NCBI GenBank assembly: GCA_951406725.2 | Contig: OX597826.1 | Location: forward strand, 54,870,001-54,934,000 | Direction of reading: 5' to 3' | Length of the DNA: 64,000 bases | Source of the DNA: Octopus vulgaris | Lineage: Eukaryota | Shown: positions 38,763 through 54,294 of the stretch, piece after piece | Layout of the letters: each line of letters opens with the position of its first letter | How positions within the stretch are numbered: the stretch's first letter is position 1 | Made by a program: the position numbers and the translations under genes | Notes under the pieces: generated by a model | Told to the model about the DNA's origin: nothing | What the model saw: only the letters and a program-made list of their open reading frames with translations | Database searches by the model: none

Positions 38763-39719
38763 AAACTGTCAATAAGTTACCATTATGACACTTAATTCTA
38801 TTCAGTGTATCTTTCTTCCAGAGTAAACGAATTTTATCCCTGATTAAGAGAGTCGAGAGGCAGAGTCGTTAGGGGCGTCGGAGTAAATACTTTGTGGTAT
38901 TCGTTTCCGTTCTCTGTAATCTGACTTAAAATCCCGCCTAAGTCAACTTTGCCCTCCATCCTTTCGTGATCGATAAAGTAACAGCTCGTTCTCTTTTTCT
39001 ATATTTTACTCAGTATGTCTTCTTATGTCTGTCTGTATCTGACTGTCTGTCGCCCCTTCTTTCCACCCCACCGTCACCCTCTTCCTCCTCCTCTTATTTT
39101 CTGACTCAAGAGTGGGTGAGCTGAGAAAATGTTTGCGTTTGCACCAAAAGCAATTAGCGAAAGTGGAGTACATGTTATCAAGTAATTCTGAATCACGCGT
39201 GAATGTCCTGGCCCTGATCAGATGACTGATGTATGTGAAGGGGTATTCTAACTGCAAGTAAGCAAGTCAAGTCTTCATAGTACTTCTTACATTACATTCT
39301 TATCTACGTCTATGCTTCTTTTGAGGAGAAAACGATGTGATTTCAACTATATCTCGCTACCATTTCTTGGATGCCTAGCAATAGATTAGTTTCCCCCGGG
39401 ATGATGTTTATATTAATGATAAAACGACTCAGTAATTAAGCATCCCAATGACCCACGCACAGTGCAGTACAGCTGATTGTGAGAAACGAATACTTGGTTG
39501 CGGAGAATTGATGCAACGTCGGAAAAAAACGATTTGTGATATTTATTCTGGCTCTTTACGTAGTGGGTTCAAATATCACCGCGGTCAGCTTTGCTGTTCA
39601 TCTTTTCAGCCTTAAAGTACAAGGACCAATAACATCGATTGGCTCCTCTACCCTTGTGAGAAAATTAGAGACTATCATATTTAGCGGTTCAAGACTGATG
39701 AAAAATATATGAACCTCAG

Positions 39720-40418
39720 ACGTATGTGAAAAGATCCATAACTATTATGTATGGCCCAACGAATGCTTTTCTGCGATTCGATTTGATACAGATGCAGAAA
39801 TAAATACCTGTTTGAAGAGAATGGTGAAATGAGATGATAAAAATGGATCGTTTATAACAATGTGAAATGTAAACGACCATGTGAGAAGCGCGACAATCTA
39901 CCACAGACAACATCCAAAGCAGGGTTGCACCCACGGAGAGTTATGCTTTCAATGTGGCCGGATTAGAAGAGTTTTGTTTTTAAGAGCTTCTTCCCACAGT
40001 GAGGACCATCACATCGGTTGTTTACTGTGACAGCTGGATAACTTAAATGCTGCGATCCATCAGAAACGTCCAGAATTTGCCTATCGTAAGGCCATTCACT
40101 TAAATCGTTACATCAACGGATCGCACACTTCTTTGCTGACGCCTTTAAATTTGGCGTCAAACTCCATATTCGCCCAAACTTGCTCCTTTAGATTTCCACT
40201 TGTTTCAAAAGTCATTGAATGGACGAAACTTAAATTCTGAAGAGTATGTAAAAATTCACCCAGAAGAGTTCTTCACCCGTAAAGGCAGGAAATTTTTCAG
40301 CAGCGAAAACATATAAAAACTTAACGGCAATTATTATTATTGATTGAATAAATCGCTTTATGTTTAAAGCCGGGGTCATATTTTCGCTTACAAAAAGCGA
40401 ACGAAATATTTTGCCAAA
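39720..40418 (+). mobile_element. Mariner transposase remnant (catalytic region, heavily degraded)
   Basis: KWIVYNNVK-like segment, GLHPRRVMLSMW, ELLP, QKRPEFAYRK, PYSPKLAPLDFHLFQ. Confidence 0.8.
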
Positions 40419-40597
40419 TGAGAGGTGTGACTTCCATTGTTGAAACACATTTGAGTATATGACAAATCGACCAGCCATAACTAAGGGCTCAGCAACAACA
40501 ACAGGATAGTGATATTTGAAACGGGATTTTGTTCAATACGTTTTGAGACTAACGGAAACCAGGGAATTTTGAAAAGTAATAGCACTTCAACATACGA

Positions 40598-40630
<33 letters not shown>

Positions 40631-40632
40631 CC

Positions 40633-40694
<62 letters not shown>

Positions 40695-40696
40695 CC

Positions 40697-40781
<85 letters not shown>

Positions 40782-40789
40782 GTCTAGCG

Positions 40790-41247
40790 TAATACTAAGC
40801 GACACTTGCTCAATGTGCCGCGCAGTGGGACTGAACCCACAGCCGCATAGCTGCAAAGTGAGCTTCTCAACAACACAGTCTTCCGTGTTAATATATATAT
40901 TATTTTTTTAGTCATCACCGCTTTAGTACTTATTTGATCGGTTACATTTGTCGAACAGCTAAGTTACGGGAACGTAAACGAAACAACACCGGTTATCAAG
41001 TGGAAATGAGGGACAACTACGGACACAATTAAACACACATAAATACATGCATACACACTCACACACATATGTATATATGTAATACAACGGGCTTCTTTCA
41101 GTTTCCGTCTAACAAATCCACTCACAGTGTTTAGGTCACACCGAGGCTATAGTAAAAACACTTGCCCAAGTTGCCACGCGGTGGGAGTGAACCTGGAACC
41201 AATGTGGTTAGGAAGCAAACTTCTTACCACAAAACCGCACCTGCGCC
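40790..41247 (-). mobile_element. SINE family A copies (head fragment ~40790-40880; longer copy ~40925-41247)
   Basis: CAGTGGGACTGAACCC; GGGCTTCTTTCAGTTTCCGTCT..CCTGCGCC. Confidence 0.8.
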
Positions 41248-41917
41248 TAAAGATATATATATATATATGTGTGTGTGTGTGTATGTGTGTGCATGGGGAG
41301 ATGTATGTATATATGCATAAATGTATGCACATATTTATGCAAACACTCATAAATATGTACAAACAGTCATATGCATGTAAATGCATATGTGTGTGTGTGT
41401 GTGATTGTGTGTGTATGTGCACGTGCCTCTGTGCGTGCGTGAATCTTTTGGAGATATATATCAGTGAAAGATGCAAACATCAGCTAGAAAAACCCATAAA
41501 CTGGTTGGTTCGAAACCAAAATACCATGCAAAATTCATAGCGCCCGATTGGCACATAGACTCCTTTGTCGCTTTCGCCATCTTAAATGCAGTACAACAAA
41601 CAACTATTGGTCCTTTGGTAATAGTGGGCCGATGACGTCATGGCTCCCTAACTTGTGTTTTTTTTTATATCAAAAAGGGAAAAGTATATTATACTTGCTT
41701 ACATAACGCTTACGTAGGCATTATGTGTGTGTATGTATGTGTGTGTATACATACAATATGCACATGCATATCTATCTATCTGTCTATCTATCTATATATA
41801 CATCTCTATCTCTATCTCTCTCTCCCTCTCTCTCTCTATATATATTTATATATACATACTTATATATAAATACATATATGAATGAATATCTATATATATA
41901 TAATATGTATATATGCA

Positions 41918-41957
<40 letters not shown>

Positions 41958-43195
41958 TGTATTGTGAGTTTATATTTATATATTCACATAGGTATTTACG
42001 GATGTACGTGTGCATCATCGTATACGCACTTTTATGTGTATGCATACATGTGTAAGTATATTTCCCTACAAACACATCAAACACATAGGGGGCAGGGAAA
42101 GAGAATAATATCATAAGTGTACACTATATACACGTATATATATATATAAATATATATATATACATATACACAAACACACGTGTGTGTGTGTGTGTGTATG
42201 TGCGTGTGTATTTATGCATATAGAAATACATACCAATACACACGTACATGCACATATGCAAAAGTTTGGAAGACTAAATCGAAGAGTTTTAGTTTATTTG
42301 GTTTAGTAATCATCGATAAACGTTTGATGGTGAGTTGAGTATGGGGTCTGGGGGGCTGGGTGGGTGGATGACTGTTTTTCTGGCTTCATTGGTTCCTGAG
42401 ATACCACAGCGGACAGTCAATCAATCAATGACGCAATGGCGTGAGTGCTTTAGAAACAGGCGTCCATTTTTGCACATTTCGGTAAGCAAATCACCCTCAC
42501 GTCTGTTAAGCATTTTAATCTTGCGTCGTTCATATACTCTAATGGAGCATTTGGTAAGGATTGATAAGAATGTTTTATGCTTCCTCAGCTAATAAAAGAA
42601 GATGGACGGTTGACTGAAATACTAGGGAATCGTTACTTTTGTTGTTGTTGTTGGTGGTGTTGTTGTTGTTGTTGTTGTTGTTGCTATTGATGTATATATG
42701 ATGTAGCCCTAGGTCAGTTATGATAGAGTTAGAGTACACCTTGAAGAAATGCCTTTCTATCTGTGATAATATATCTAAGGATATATTTATTCAGTGGAGA
42801 AGCTGTCCTCCGGATCGCATCTAACTTTTCGGCTGACTTACGCCATGTCATGGGTCGGCTTGATGTAATATGATTGTAGTGTATAGAGTAAAGAAAAAAA
42901 TATATTAATATAGCTTATGCGAACTTAATAAATAGATATTTAGGTGAGTATATTACGAATGTATATTTAATAAGGTTAATCTAGGATGAATTTATAACAT
43001 TATTTGAGAGATAATTACGAATATTCAAACATAAATATATAATAAAAAGCACATGAAAATAATTAAAAGTAAACAGCTGAAATATAGCAAGAAAACGCCA
43101 TTTCCTCTATGAAAATCATATAGGTGTATCTGTATGCATATATATATCTACATATACATACACACACACACAAAGAAGATACAATATATATAATG

Positions 43196-43275
<80 letters not shown>

Positions 43276-44197
43276 GTAATTACAAAGAACAAACACGTTT
43301 TCTTAACGAAAATCATATGCACACACACACATATATATCAGTGTGTGTGTTTGAGTGCAGATTGTGAGTTGTGTGTGTGTGCATAAATATATACACACAT
43401 ACATGTGTATTTGTATGTATATATATGTAACTATGTAAGTATGTAGTAACTTGTGTGTATGCATATCTGTATGCATGTACGAAATTCTTCGCTTAGTTTC
43501 CTTGCTGCGAGTGTGCTGGACTTTGAGAACTTTCGACCTCATATCGGAAAAAAGAAAGCAAGTACGGAAGAATAGAAAGAGTGCATAATGCGATATATTG
43601 TACAAATATACAATACACAGAATGACAATCTTCTCTAGCAAAATAAACAAGAAAAGAAAAGAGAAAAAGAACGGTCAGCAACCAGTGTCACCAGAAGAAT
43701 TTACATACGAATTGATTAATTTCTTTAAAACTATACACCTTATGTCACTTCAAATTTACCTTCCTCTCTACTTGATCTGAAATGAGCTACGAACCATATT
43801 TAATTTTTGTGAAATGAGTTTATTAAAAGTTTCTATTTATCTATTGCTATCAATTTCCTCTTTTGTTTTAATTTTGCTTTTTCAAATCTTGCCAAATGTA
43901 ATATGGTTAATGTATCTCAAATATATTTGTACTGATGACACACAATTATGTCAAAAGCGTTCTGTCTACAAATATTGAAAGAGTAAATATTGCAATGGAA
44001 AGAGAATTAAATTAAATATGAAGAAGAAAAAAATATTATGGTGTATCTTTATTTAATTAATGAGAAAGAATACATTTCCATTAAAACTTTTCTCTCCGAC
44101 AAACATACTAATATGAAACGAGCTATTTATGAATATCTGCTGTATGTTTATACAAATTATATAGATACATACATGCTTATATACATCCATCCATACT

Positions 44198-44239
<42 letters not shown>

Positions 44240-44240
<1 letters not shown>

Positions 44241-44282
44241 GTATGTATTATGCACATTTATGTATGCAAATATGTGTGTGTG

Positions 44283-44317
<35 letters not shown>

Positions 44318-44329
44318 GTATATAAGGAC

Positions 44330-44377
<48 letters not shown>

Positions 44378-44380
44378 TTA

Positions 44381-44428
<48 letters not shown>

Positions 44429-44458
44429 TTTGCATACATAAATGTGCATAATACATAC

Positions 44459-44459
<1 letters not shown>
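44240..44459. repeat. Short inverted duplication among microsatellites
   Basis: TGTATGTATTATGCACATTTATGTATGCAAATATGTGTG (44240-) is the reverse complement of CACACATATTTGCATACATAAATGTGCATAATACATACA (-44459). Confidence 0.85.
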
Positions 44460-44518
<59 letters not shown>

Positions 44519-45134
44519 CTAGATAGAGAGGGAGAAGGAAAATCACAGAGGGCAGAGATAATTAAAAAGTAAGCTTTTTTATCATAAACAGTTTTAAAAC
44601 TAAATATCAACTCCAAAACTTAACGAGTCTGTATTTTGAAAGCAAACAATTAACAAGAGAATCTTCTGGCAGGAATCGTTCTAACTACAATTTTTTTTTT
44701 TTTTTACTCTCTCTCTTTATTTTGCTTGTTCAAAACAAACAAACAAACATAGTAATAACAAATAGACGTAGAGAAAGCAAGATGAAATTGAGATGCGAGA
44801 ATGAGACAATGAGAATAATTTCTCTAAAAACTTTACTTTTATGCGTTTCGCTTCCCATTGTTGTCTAACCGTCTTTATATTTATGTATCGTGTCTTGTTT
44901 TGTTTTTCCAGTTATTTTTGTTGTTGATGGTGTTGTTGGTGTTGGTGTTTTGTTATTGTTTTTTTCTGCTGAAGTAGTCTTTAGAATTTCATCACAATAT
45001 TCTATAAGATATTTCAAAAAGACTATAGCGACTACTAGGCGGGGAATATTTTAGTCAGCACCTAACCAATATTCTAAAGTACCAATGCACTTTGTGCAAA
45101 TTGTTATTAGTGAATTTATACCAACAACACTGCC

Positions 45135-45218
45135 AGAAGAAGAAGAAGAAGAGAAGCAGATGGAGAAGACGATGATGATGATGATGAAGATTAGTAGTAG
45201 TAGTATTAGTAGTAGTAT

Positions 45219-45259
<41 letters not shown>

Positions 45260-45690
45260 ATGGTGGTGGTTGTGGTGATAGTAGTAGTAGTAGTAATAGT
45301 AGTGATGGTGGTGGTTGTGGTGATAGTAGTAATAATAGTAGTAGTAGGAGGAGGAGTAGAAGAAGAAGATGGAAACTAAGAAGAAAAAGGAAGAAGAAAA
45401 AGGAAGAAAACGAAGAGAAAGAAGAAACGAAGAAGAGGAAGAAGAAAACGGAGAAGGGGAAGAAGCAGCAAAGGAAGAAAAGGAAGAAGAGGAAGAAGTG
45501 GAAGGAGAAACGAGGAAGTGGAAATAGAAGAAAAGAAGAAGAAAAAGAAGGAAACTAGGAAGAAGAAAACGAAGAAGAGGCAGAAGAAAACGAAGGGGAT
45601 TAGAAGAAAAGGAAGAAGAAGAAGAAGAAGAAGAAGAAGAAGAAGAAGAAGAAGAAGAAGAAGAAGAAGAAGAAGAAGAAGAAGACATGA
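45135..45690. repeat. (GAA)n/(GAT)n/(GTA)n purine-rich low-complexity tract
   Basis: Direct reading. Confidence 0.9.
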
Positions 45691-45926
45691 GAACATGTTT
45701 AAGAAGGAATGGTTATTGCAAATGAGTTAAGGAAAGTAAAAGTAAGGGTGGAGGAAGAAATAGTTGTGGTTATGGAAAAAAAAACTGAAGAAGAGAAACA
45801 AGGGGAGGGGAGAGGGAGAAGAGGAAGTTAAGACACAGAAGTGAATGAGAGGACAGAAGGAACAAACTTTATAGAAACCAAATAATGGAAGGAAAGTGTA
45901 GAAGAAAGAAATAGAGAGCAACAGCC

Positions 45927-45980
<54 letters not shown>

Positions 45981-45981
45981 G

Positions 45982-46015
<34 letters not shown>

Positions 46016-46380
46016 ATATAAACACCATCAACGAGGACTATAAGGGCAATAACAACAAGACTAAACAATAACAAACTAGAAACACCATTCACGTGATTAA
46101 AACAAAATGGAGTAGGTAAGGAAACGATGACGAGAGCAGGAGAGTGAAGACGAGAAAATGTAATAACAATAATAGCAAGTACAATGACAAATACAGCGCA
46201 CGCATTCGTTCTAAGCTTTGAGTAAACAAACTACTTACGAGCGGTTAATTCTATAGAATTTCATTAATATTATACAGTGCTGCTTTTAATAAAGAATGAA
46301 AGTAACGTGTCTACGATGGAGTAGAGAATTCAGATGGGATAAGAGTGTGTTTGTGTGTATACATAACATACATACATATA

Positions 46381-46448
<68 letters not shown>

Positions 46449-46736
46449 GGAGATACTATATATTTTTATTCTAATAATGTGATCAACAAAAACAATTGGT
46501 TTCATCACCGACACACATTCGGACGAAACAAGATGTCTTTTGTTGCACTCACTGCTTTAATAATATATATTTACATTGTGTCATTTTACTTCAAGATTTT
46601 ACTCTAATTAGCATAACCCTTTTCCTCCGAATAAGTAATTCTTGGTTATATTTGTGTCTTTGCACACAAACACACAGAAGCACCCAGACAGATAGACACA
46701 CACACACATACACACACACACACGCGTACACACACA

Positions 46737-46783
<47 letters not shown>

Positions 46784-47063
46784 GCACGCACACACACACA
46801 CATACAATTACATAAGCACATGCGCACAAATATAGTGTAGAAATCATAAGGCTTGGTGACATGACTTGTAAAAGACAAACCTCTTCTAGAAATATATTTG
46901 TTCGCGCAAAAAGGTGAACATGAAACTTGAGTTTTAATACCATTTAGCAAACTGTATTTAAAATATTCATAACTCTGAAAGATTTTGAGTTCTTTTCAGT
47001 TCCTGATCCAATCGAGAAAACAAACGACAGTGTGTGTGCGTGTTTAATGTATGCATGAATGTA

Positions 47064-47148
<85 letters not shown>

Positions 47149-48235
47149 GCCGTCCCGGGTCGACCTTGAGTGACTTCAACACAACCAAAGCATTCTATAG
47201 GGGATTAGTGGAGCGGAGGTACGACGACGAGCTCGGGGCAAACCTGGGCGTCGACGAGGAATACCTGACCCGCCTGTTTCAAACGACTTTCGGCCCGGGA
47301 CCTATGGATAACTTCCAGAGATCCCTGGCCTGGCGGTGCTACCGAGAAGCGCTACCCGTTCGGGATAAGCTCTATAGGCATGGCTCGAGAAACACGGGGC
47401 CGACCTGCCCGAGATGCGGGCAGAGCGACGAAACCGCTCTGCACGCAATCGTGCAGTGTCCAGCAATTTCCCACCTGTGGGCTTATGTCGAACGACTGCT
47501 GTCACGTGTGGGACGTGTCGGTTTATCCGCCGAGTCTATCGTTAATATCGTCACGCCTCCTTCCTTCAAACGGGAAGGAAGAGCTATTTTTATCATACTT
47601 GTGGCTATGGCGAAAGAATGTATCTGGTGGACGCGTCTGAAAGGATTAGAGACAAACACTTTCCTCTCTGGTCAATCTCTCATCAACTTCTTCAAGTATC
47701 ACTTGAAGAAAAAAGTGAGAGTAGAGAGGCAAGTTTTGTCTAGTGAATGCTTTAAAAAAAGATGGGTGAATGTAGCAAGGATGGCACGTATGAATGACGA
47801 AGCCACCTTGACTATGATTCTATGAACCGTAAAAATTAATACAGAGAGTTGCTTATTTGCAAAAAAAAAAAATATATAACATGTGACTTCATTGACCGAG
47901 TTACCGTGGTCTTTTCCGTAGGCTTTTCTTTCCACGGGTAAACCTCACCTGTCCTCCCCTTTACACTTCATATTGACATTTCTGTGATAACGATCCCTAT
48001 TGATCAATTTTTTTTCCTCTCCCCCTTTTTTTTAACCCCCCCTTTTTTGTCCTCTTTCTCTCCTTTTACGATCCCTTTTGATCGACCCCCCCTTTTTTAT
48101 TTTATTTTATTTTTTATTTTATTATTATTTTTTATTTTTCTTTCATTTTTTTTTTTTTTTAAACCTTCAAAAGAAAAGCTCTACCTTGTAATTTGTTCTA
48201 TCTGTGTGCAGCCCTGTGTGGCTAATAAAGAAACA

Positions 48236-48236
<1 letters not shown>
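47149..48236 (+). mobile_element. 5'-truncated L1/Tx1-type LINE: ORF2 C-terminus (zf-RVT) plus 3' UTR, inserted in (ATCT)n
   Basis: Open frame to stop at 47823-47825 with AWRCYREALPVRDKL..CPRCGQSDETALHAIVQC..LW (CCHC zf-RVT). Pyrimidine-rich UTR ends AATAAAGAAACAT-(ATCT)n. (ATCT)n on both sides. Confidence 0.92.
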
Positions 48237-48288
<52 letters not shown>

Positions 48289-48295
48289 GTCTGCT

Positions 48296-49023
<728 letters not shown>

Positions 49024-49043
49024 CATCCACCCATCCATCCATC

Positions 49044-49093
<50 letters not shown>

Positions 49094-49139
49094 TATGTAT
49101 GTATGTATATGTATATATATATATGTATATGGATGTATA

Positions 49140-49705
49140 TATATGTATATGTGAGTCTTCGTGTCTGTGTTGGTCTCCCCATCACCGCTTGACAACCAGT
49201 GTGGGGGCGATTGCATCCCGGAACTTGGCGGTTCGGCCTAAGAAAAATGGTAGAATAAATGCTAGGCTTATGGGGGGGGGGGATTTGTTCGACTAAATCC
49301 CTTTCAAGGCGGTGCTCCAGCATGGGCAAAATCAAAGGCCTGAAATAATAAAAGAAGATATATATATTTATATATATATTTATATATATATATATATAGG
49401 CACAGACGTGGCTGTGTGGTAAGAAGCTTGCTTCTCAACGACATGGTTCCAGGTTCAGTCCTACTGCGTGGCACCTTCGGTAAGCGTCTTCTCCTATACA
49501 ATCGGACCGACCCAAACCTTGTGAGTGGATTTGGTAGCTGGAAACCGAAAGAAACCCGTAAATTAGTGGTTCGGTAATAAACAGCGATAAAATAAGTAGT
49601 AAGCTTACAAAGACTAAGTCCTGGGTTGAATATGTTCGACCAAAGGCGGTGCTCCAGCATGGCCGCAATCAAATGACTAAAACCTCTGAAAGAGTAAAGA
49701 GTAAA

Positions 49706-49708
<3 letters not shown>
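49140..49708 (+). mobile_element. Two SINE family A copies (3' half ~49160-49355; deleted copy ~49398-49708)
   Basis: CGCTTGACAACC..GGCGGTGCTCCAGCATGG tails; head GGCACAGACGTGGCTGTGTGG. Confidence 0.8.
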
Positions 49709-49768
<60 letters not shown>

Positions 49769-51135
49769 GAATAGAGTATGTGCTGTCAAAGCGATCTTCG
49801 TCATAAGGTTGATCGTGGTATTACTGCGTGTGTAAGTAAGATATAACATACACCGGTCGTGCTAGGCAAGACAATTTACATCTTTTTTCAAACATAATTC
49901 AGAACTTAATTATCCAGTGACCGTAGCCTTTCTATCACAGCAGGTTATGATTTGTAGAAGATTTCACTGCTATTGATAGCAGGTCGAGTGATTATGCACA
50001 GACTCCATCATTATCTCATGTTTTTATATGTCTATTTTCTTACAGAACACATAATATTGCATCTGTCTTCGTCAAACAGCTCGTCCGATTAATAATTCCT
50101 ATTGAAACAGCCTACCATGATATTTCACACTGGCGAATATCACACACCGGGCACTTCCAATTCCATACTGCGTATTCTCATAGAGTATTCTCAAATTTCA
50201 CAATTCATTTTAACACCCCATATATCTGAAATATTATTGTTCATAAAATCAGAGATTATACGCACATTTCGCAGCTGCCTTTATAACACATATAGTATGC
50301 TATGTCTCATATTTCATATTTTATTTAGATATAGATTTTGCTAATATTTCACAGTTGCCCTTTTCACACTCATAGTATCACACCTTATGATAGTTCTGCT
50401 TTTCATTGCGTTACTTAGCCCGTCGGTAACGCTTTCACGAAATTAGAGAAAAAGAGGGAGAAAAAAAGGAGGGAGGGAGAAAAAGAGGGACAGACGTAAG
50501 ATTTCATGTGATTAGTTGAAGGGAAAGAAAGGGGAAAGAAAAGGGAGAGAGGAAAAGAGGATGAAATGAAGAGTGAGAGAGCAAGAGGAAGAAAGAAAAG
50601 GAGAGAGAGAATCAAAAAGACGGAGAGAGAAAAAGAGAGTGCGAGAAGCGTCCAAGACATGAGGTAGGGTGAACGTAATCCTTTTAGCAAAAAGGTGATG
50701 TTCTGAGGTGAGGTTAAAGAAAGACAGAGAGAGAGAGGGGGAGGCGAGAGAGGAGATAGTATAGAATAAAAGGGATAGATAAAGAAAAGAGGTAGAGAGA
50801 GAGGGGAAATGATGATGGTGGTGGTGGTGGTGGTCACAGTAGTGGTTGTAGAGGTGGAGGTGGTGTTGGTGGTGGTGATTAGATAGAGAAAAGTGAATAT
50901 TTAGTTGAACTAATATTTTTATATCACCTATCACGTAACGCATGCGCATAAGTCCGATTCCATCAAATATTCAGGCTTATCAGGCTTCTTTGCGTGGCAG
51001 ATATATGCAATTTAACTAAAGGTTGTATCATATATACGGGATGTTTGTTTTCATTACGGGAAGAATGGAAAAATAAGAATGAATATTCATTTTATGAGTG
51101 CTGTGTATTAAGGCTATAAATTTGTGCATAAAGTA

Positions 51136-51701
51136 TTGGGTTGTCCGGAAAGTTCGTGCCGATTTTTAAAGGAAAGAAAAAGGTCAATAAATACTTGCCA
51201 TTACATTTTTAATCAACCAAATATGAATAATTTTGTTGCAGAATGCGTCCCCATCTCTCCTTTAACTTGAAAATACCCTCTTCCCATAATTGAGGTGGTT
51301 TCATGGCAAAGAATTCATCAAGGTATCTTTTTACGTCATCGAAGGAATTGAAATTTTTACAATTAAGACTATTCTGCAGAGACCGGAATAAGTGGAAATC
51401 CGAAGGAGCAATATCTGGTGAATATGTAGGGTGGGGTAGCACATCTCAGCCGAGCTGCAGCAAGTTTTGTATGGTTCCCAAAGCATCAAGTGCTGAAAAT
51501 GAACTTTCTTATCTTCCATTTTAAAGGGTTACAGAATTGACACAGGTTATAGGAACATAAACCTTCTTTTACGAAAAGATAGCTTAAACTGTGCTCTAAA
51601 TGGAGGTGTAGTCAAATCCCATTTTATGGACTCAACCATGTTCTAAAATAAGTCGAAAGGTAAGCTACTATAAATCGGCATGAACTTTCCGGACAACCCA
51701 A
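51136..51701 (-). mobile_element. Mariner deletion derivative retaining transposase C-terminus (same family as 20690-21263)
   Basis: Same TIRs, flanking TA at 51134-35 and 51702-03. MEDKKVHFQHLML start fused to LPHPTYSPDIAPSDFHLFRSLQNSL..WEEGIFKLKERW. Confidence 0.95.
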
Positions 51702-53515
51702 TATATAAAATGTATATACAACGTGCATTAAGTAATAATCATATTCGAATTTCTTTCACTTTTCAATGAGTCGCAGATAAGCGACTATCATTCCATATAG
51801 ACACAACACAGGCTACCCTTCCTGTTTTTTTTGGATAAAGTTTTCAGAAATAACCCCTTTAATTCTGTGAAATATTCACGGGTCCCGCTAGTATTTCGTA
51901 ATTTATACAATCACAGAGGTACTCATATTTCAGATTTACCTTTATTCCACATGCAGCATCTTTAAATTTCATAAATTATATGGTTATAGAACACGCTCAC
52001 ATGGTTATAGAGCACGCTCATATTTCACGACTCACCTCATCACAGGACACCAACCCATATTTCATAGTTCATAGTTCATAGCTCATATAATCATGGACTT
52101 TATTCACATACAAATGTGGCCTTTATCGCTCACACTGCACCTAAAATTCCTTAATTTATATGAGCCTAGAGTAAACCACATTTTACAGCTGTTTTATCAC
52201 ACACACACTGTATCTTAAATTTCAGAGTTCATACAAGTCGTAAAGTAGTTTTATGTTTCAACGTTGCTTTTCTATCATTAGCTCATCGTTCACATTATCA
52301 CAAAACATTACCATTTTCTACAACACATATTCACCGAATTCTTCCTCGTGTCTCACAATACGTTCATCCTACAGGTTCATTATATTCCAAACTTATACTT
52401 TCAAAACGAAAATTCTACATTTTATCACTTTTCTATATATGATAATATATTTACACACGGTCTATATCTCCGCAAAAAAGAAAAATATATATATTTCTGT
52501 ATTGCAAAAAGAAAAATGAAAAAAAAAAAAACATGTTGCTAAATATGCAGATAAAAAAAAACACAATTACAAGTTGATATCACTATATTAATAATACATA
52601 ACAACAACAACAACAACAACGCCAACAACAACAATAACTAAAATATGAGTAGTGGTAGCAACGTCAGAAACTACAGCAACAGTATCAGCAGCAGCAACAA
52701 CATTTCGATAACAAAAGCATAAACATATATTTATCATTAATAGATATCTTTTATGTTACTTTGTCTTCTGAGAATTGCACTGCAAGAATTTGTGCATCTT
52801 TTATTGCAAATGCATTGCAGACAGCAATTGAAATAATTTCCCAAAGACTTCAACTGCATTCAACGTCAATAGAAATTGCATCTCGATTTCATGAGCACAC
52901 TTTGGGGACTAGACTATATTTTCACAACCCTGTCAGTTGTTTTATAAATTTTTTGTTGTTCTTGGTGCGTCGTTTGTTTACATCATGTTTTATTTTTGCT
53001 ACTCTATTGTTCGGTGCTATTGTTGTTGTTGTTATTGTTGTTGTCGTCGTCGTTATTGTGGCTGTTCTTTGATTGTATATACAAATGTGGCTTATTTCCT
53101 ACAAAAAAAATCTATTTTATATATTCAGTTCTCTTGAGAATATATATTAAAGTTAAAAAAACAACAACAAAAAGACAAAACAGACAACGCACCCAGCTTG
53201 GCTTTAAATATGACGGATATATAATACTTAGTCACCACAGTATGTTGTTGTTGTTGTTGTTGTCGATCGTGTTGTTGCATTCATTATAAACGACGGTGGA
53301 TGGCAGAATCGGTAAAGTATCTCTTGAAATGTTGTGTGGCATCGAGTCACCTATCTTAAAGTTTTGTGCTCGAATTCCACAGACCTGTTTCCTTCATCTC
53401 ACCGCGGTATAGGAAATAATGTACCAGCCATATACTGGGGTTAATATCATTTAGTAGCCCCTCCTCACAAGCAGTATCATCTAATCACAAATCACAAGAC
53501 TACGATCCTTTATCA

Positions 53516-53551
<36 letters not shown>

Positions 53552-53553
<2 letters not shown>

Positions 53554-54105
53554 GAATGAGCGAGCAGTGCATGCCATCAAAGTGACACTGAGGTAAAATA
53601 TACGAAGCTCAGTATACCCATCATGACTACCCGTCTGATAAGGGTACACCAAGCAATGCATCACAACCATATGTGCGCGATATGGTGATCTCATTTCAAG
53701 ATAAACAGGGCATGACCTTGCTGGTGGGGCCCAGTTAGAATTTTCTTCTGGTCGAGTAGCCCATCCTGGTCAAAAGGTCCCTGAATAAGGGTTGTTTAAG
53801 GATGTGGAACGAAACACCCATGTTTCTAGAGGTGAATTATTCAAACCCCAAAGAATCCCTCTCAACACATGGCTATAATGCTCCCCCACTACTCCTGCTC
53901 GTGATCAGAGATGAACATATCGTCAGCAACTTAGGGACATGCTCAAGTGGTTAAGGTGAAACAATTGACAACCAAATCTGTGGTATTGAGCAGAATATTT
54001 GCTTTAGCCCATCTTTTATACCAAGACAAAACAATGTACATGATAACACTTCCAATCAGTTAAGATCAGAAGCCACGAGAGCCAATGCCTGGTACTGCAT
54101 TAAGG

Positions 54106-54110
<5 letters not shown>
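53552..54110 (-). mobile_element. Family C repeat, inverted copy, flanked by (ATT)n
   Basis: Reverse complement of 29130-29690. Confidence 0.85.
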
Positions 54111-54145
<35 letters not shown>

Positions 54146-54202
54146 TATTTTTATAACAGGTTCTGTTGGAACTCCTGGAGTCTTGTATGTGTAGCGTGCT
54201 TG

Positions 54203-54294
54203 CTGCACGCTACTCATACTGCACGCTACTCATACTGCACGCTACTCATACTGCACGCTACTCATACTGCACGCTACTCATAAGGCTACTCATA
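54203..54294. repeat. 16-bp minisatellite (CTGCACGCTACTCATA)x5 plus partial
   Basis: Five perfect units 54203-54282, then AGGCTACTCATA. Confidence 0.95.

Noticed and set aside
45085-45730. Charged E/K/R/S-rich ORFs
   Set aside because: (GAA)n/(GTA)n low complexity, open in multiple frames.
54203-54294. Regular short repeats that might suggest a CRISPR array
   Set aside because: Units are contiguous with no spacers, the context is eukaryotic, and there are no cas genes.
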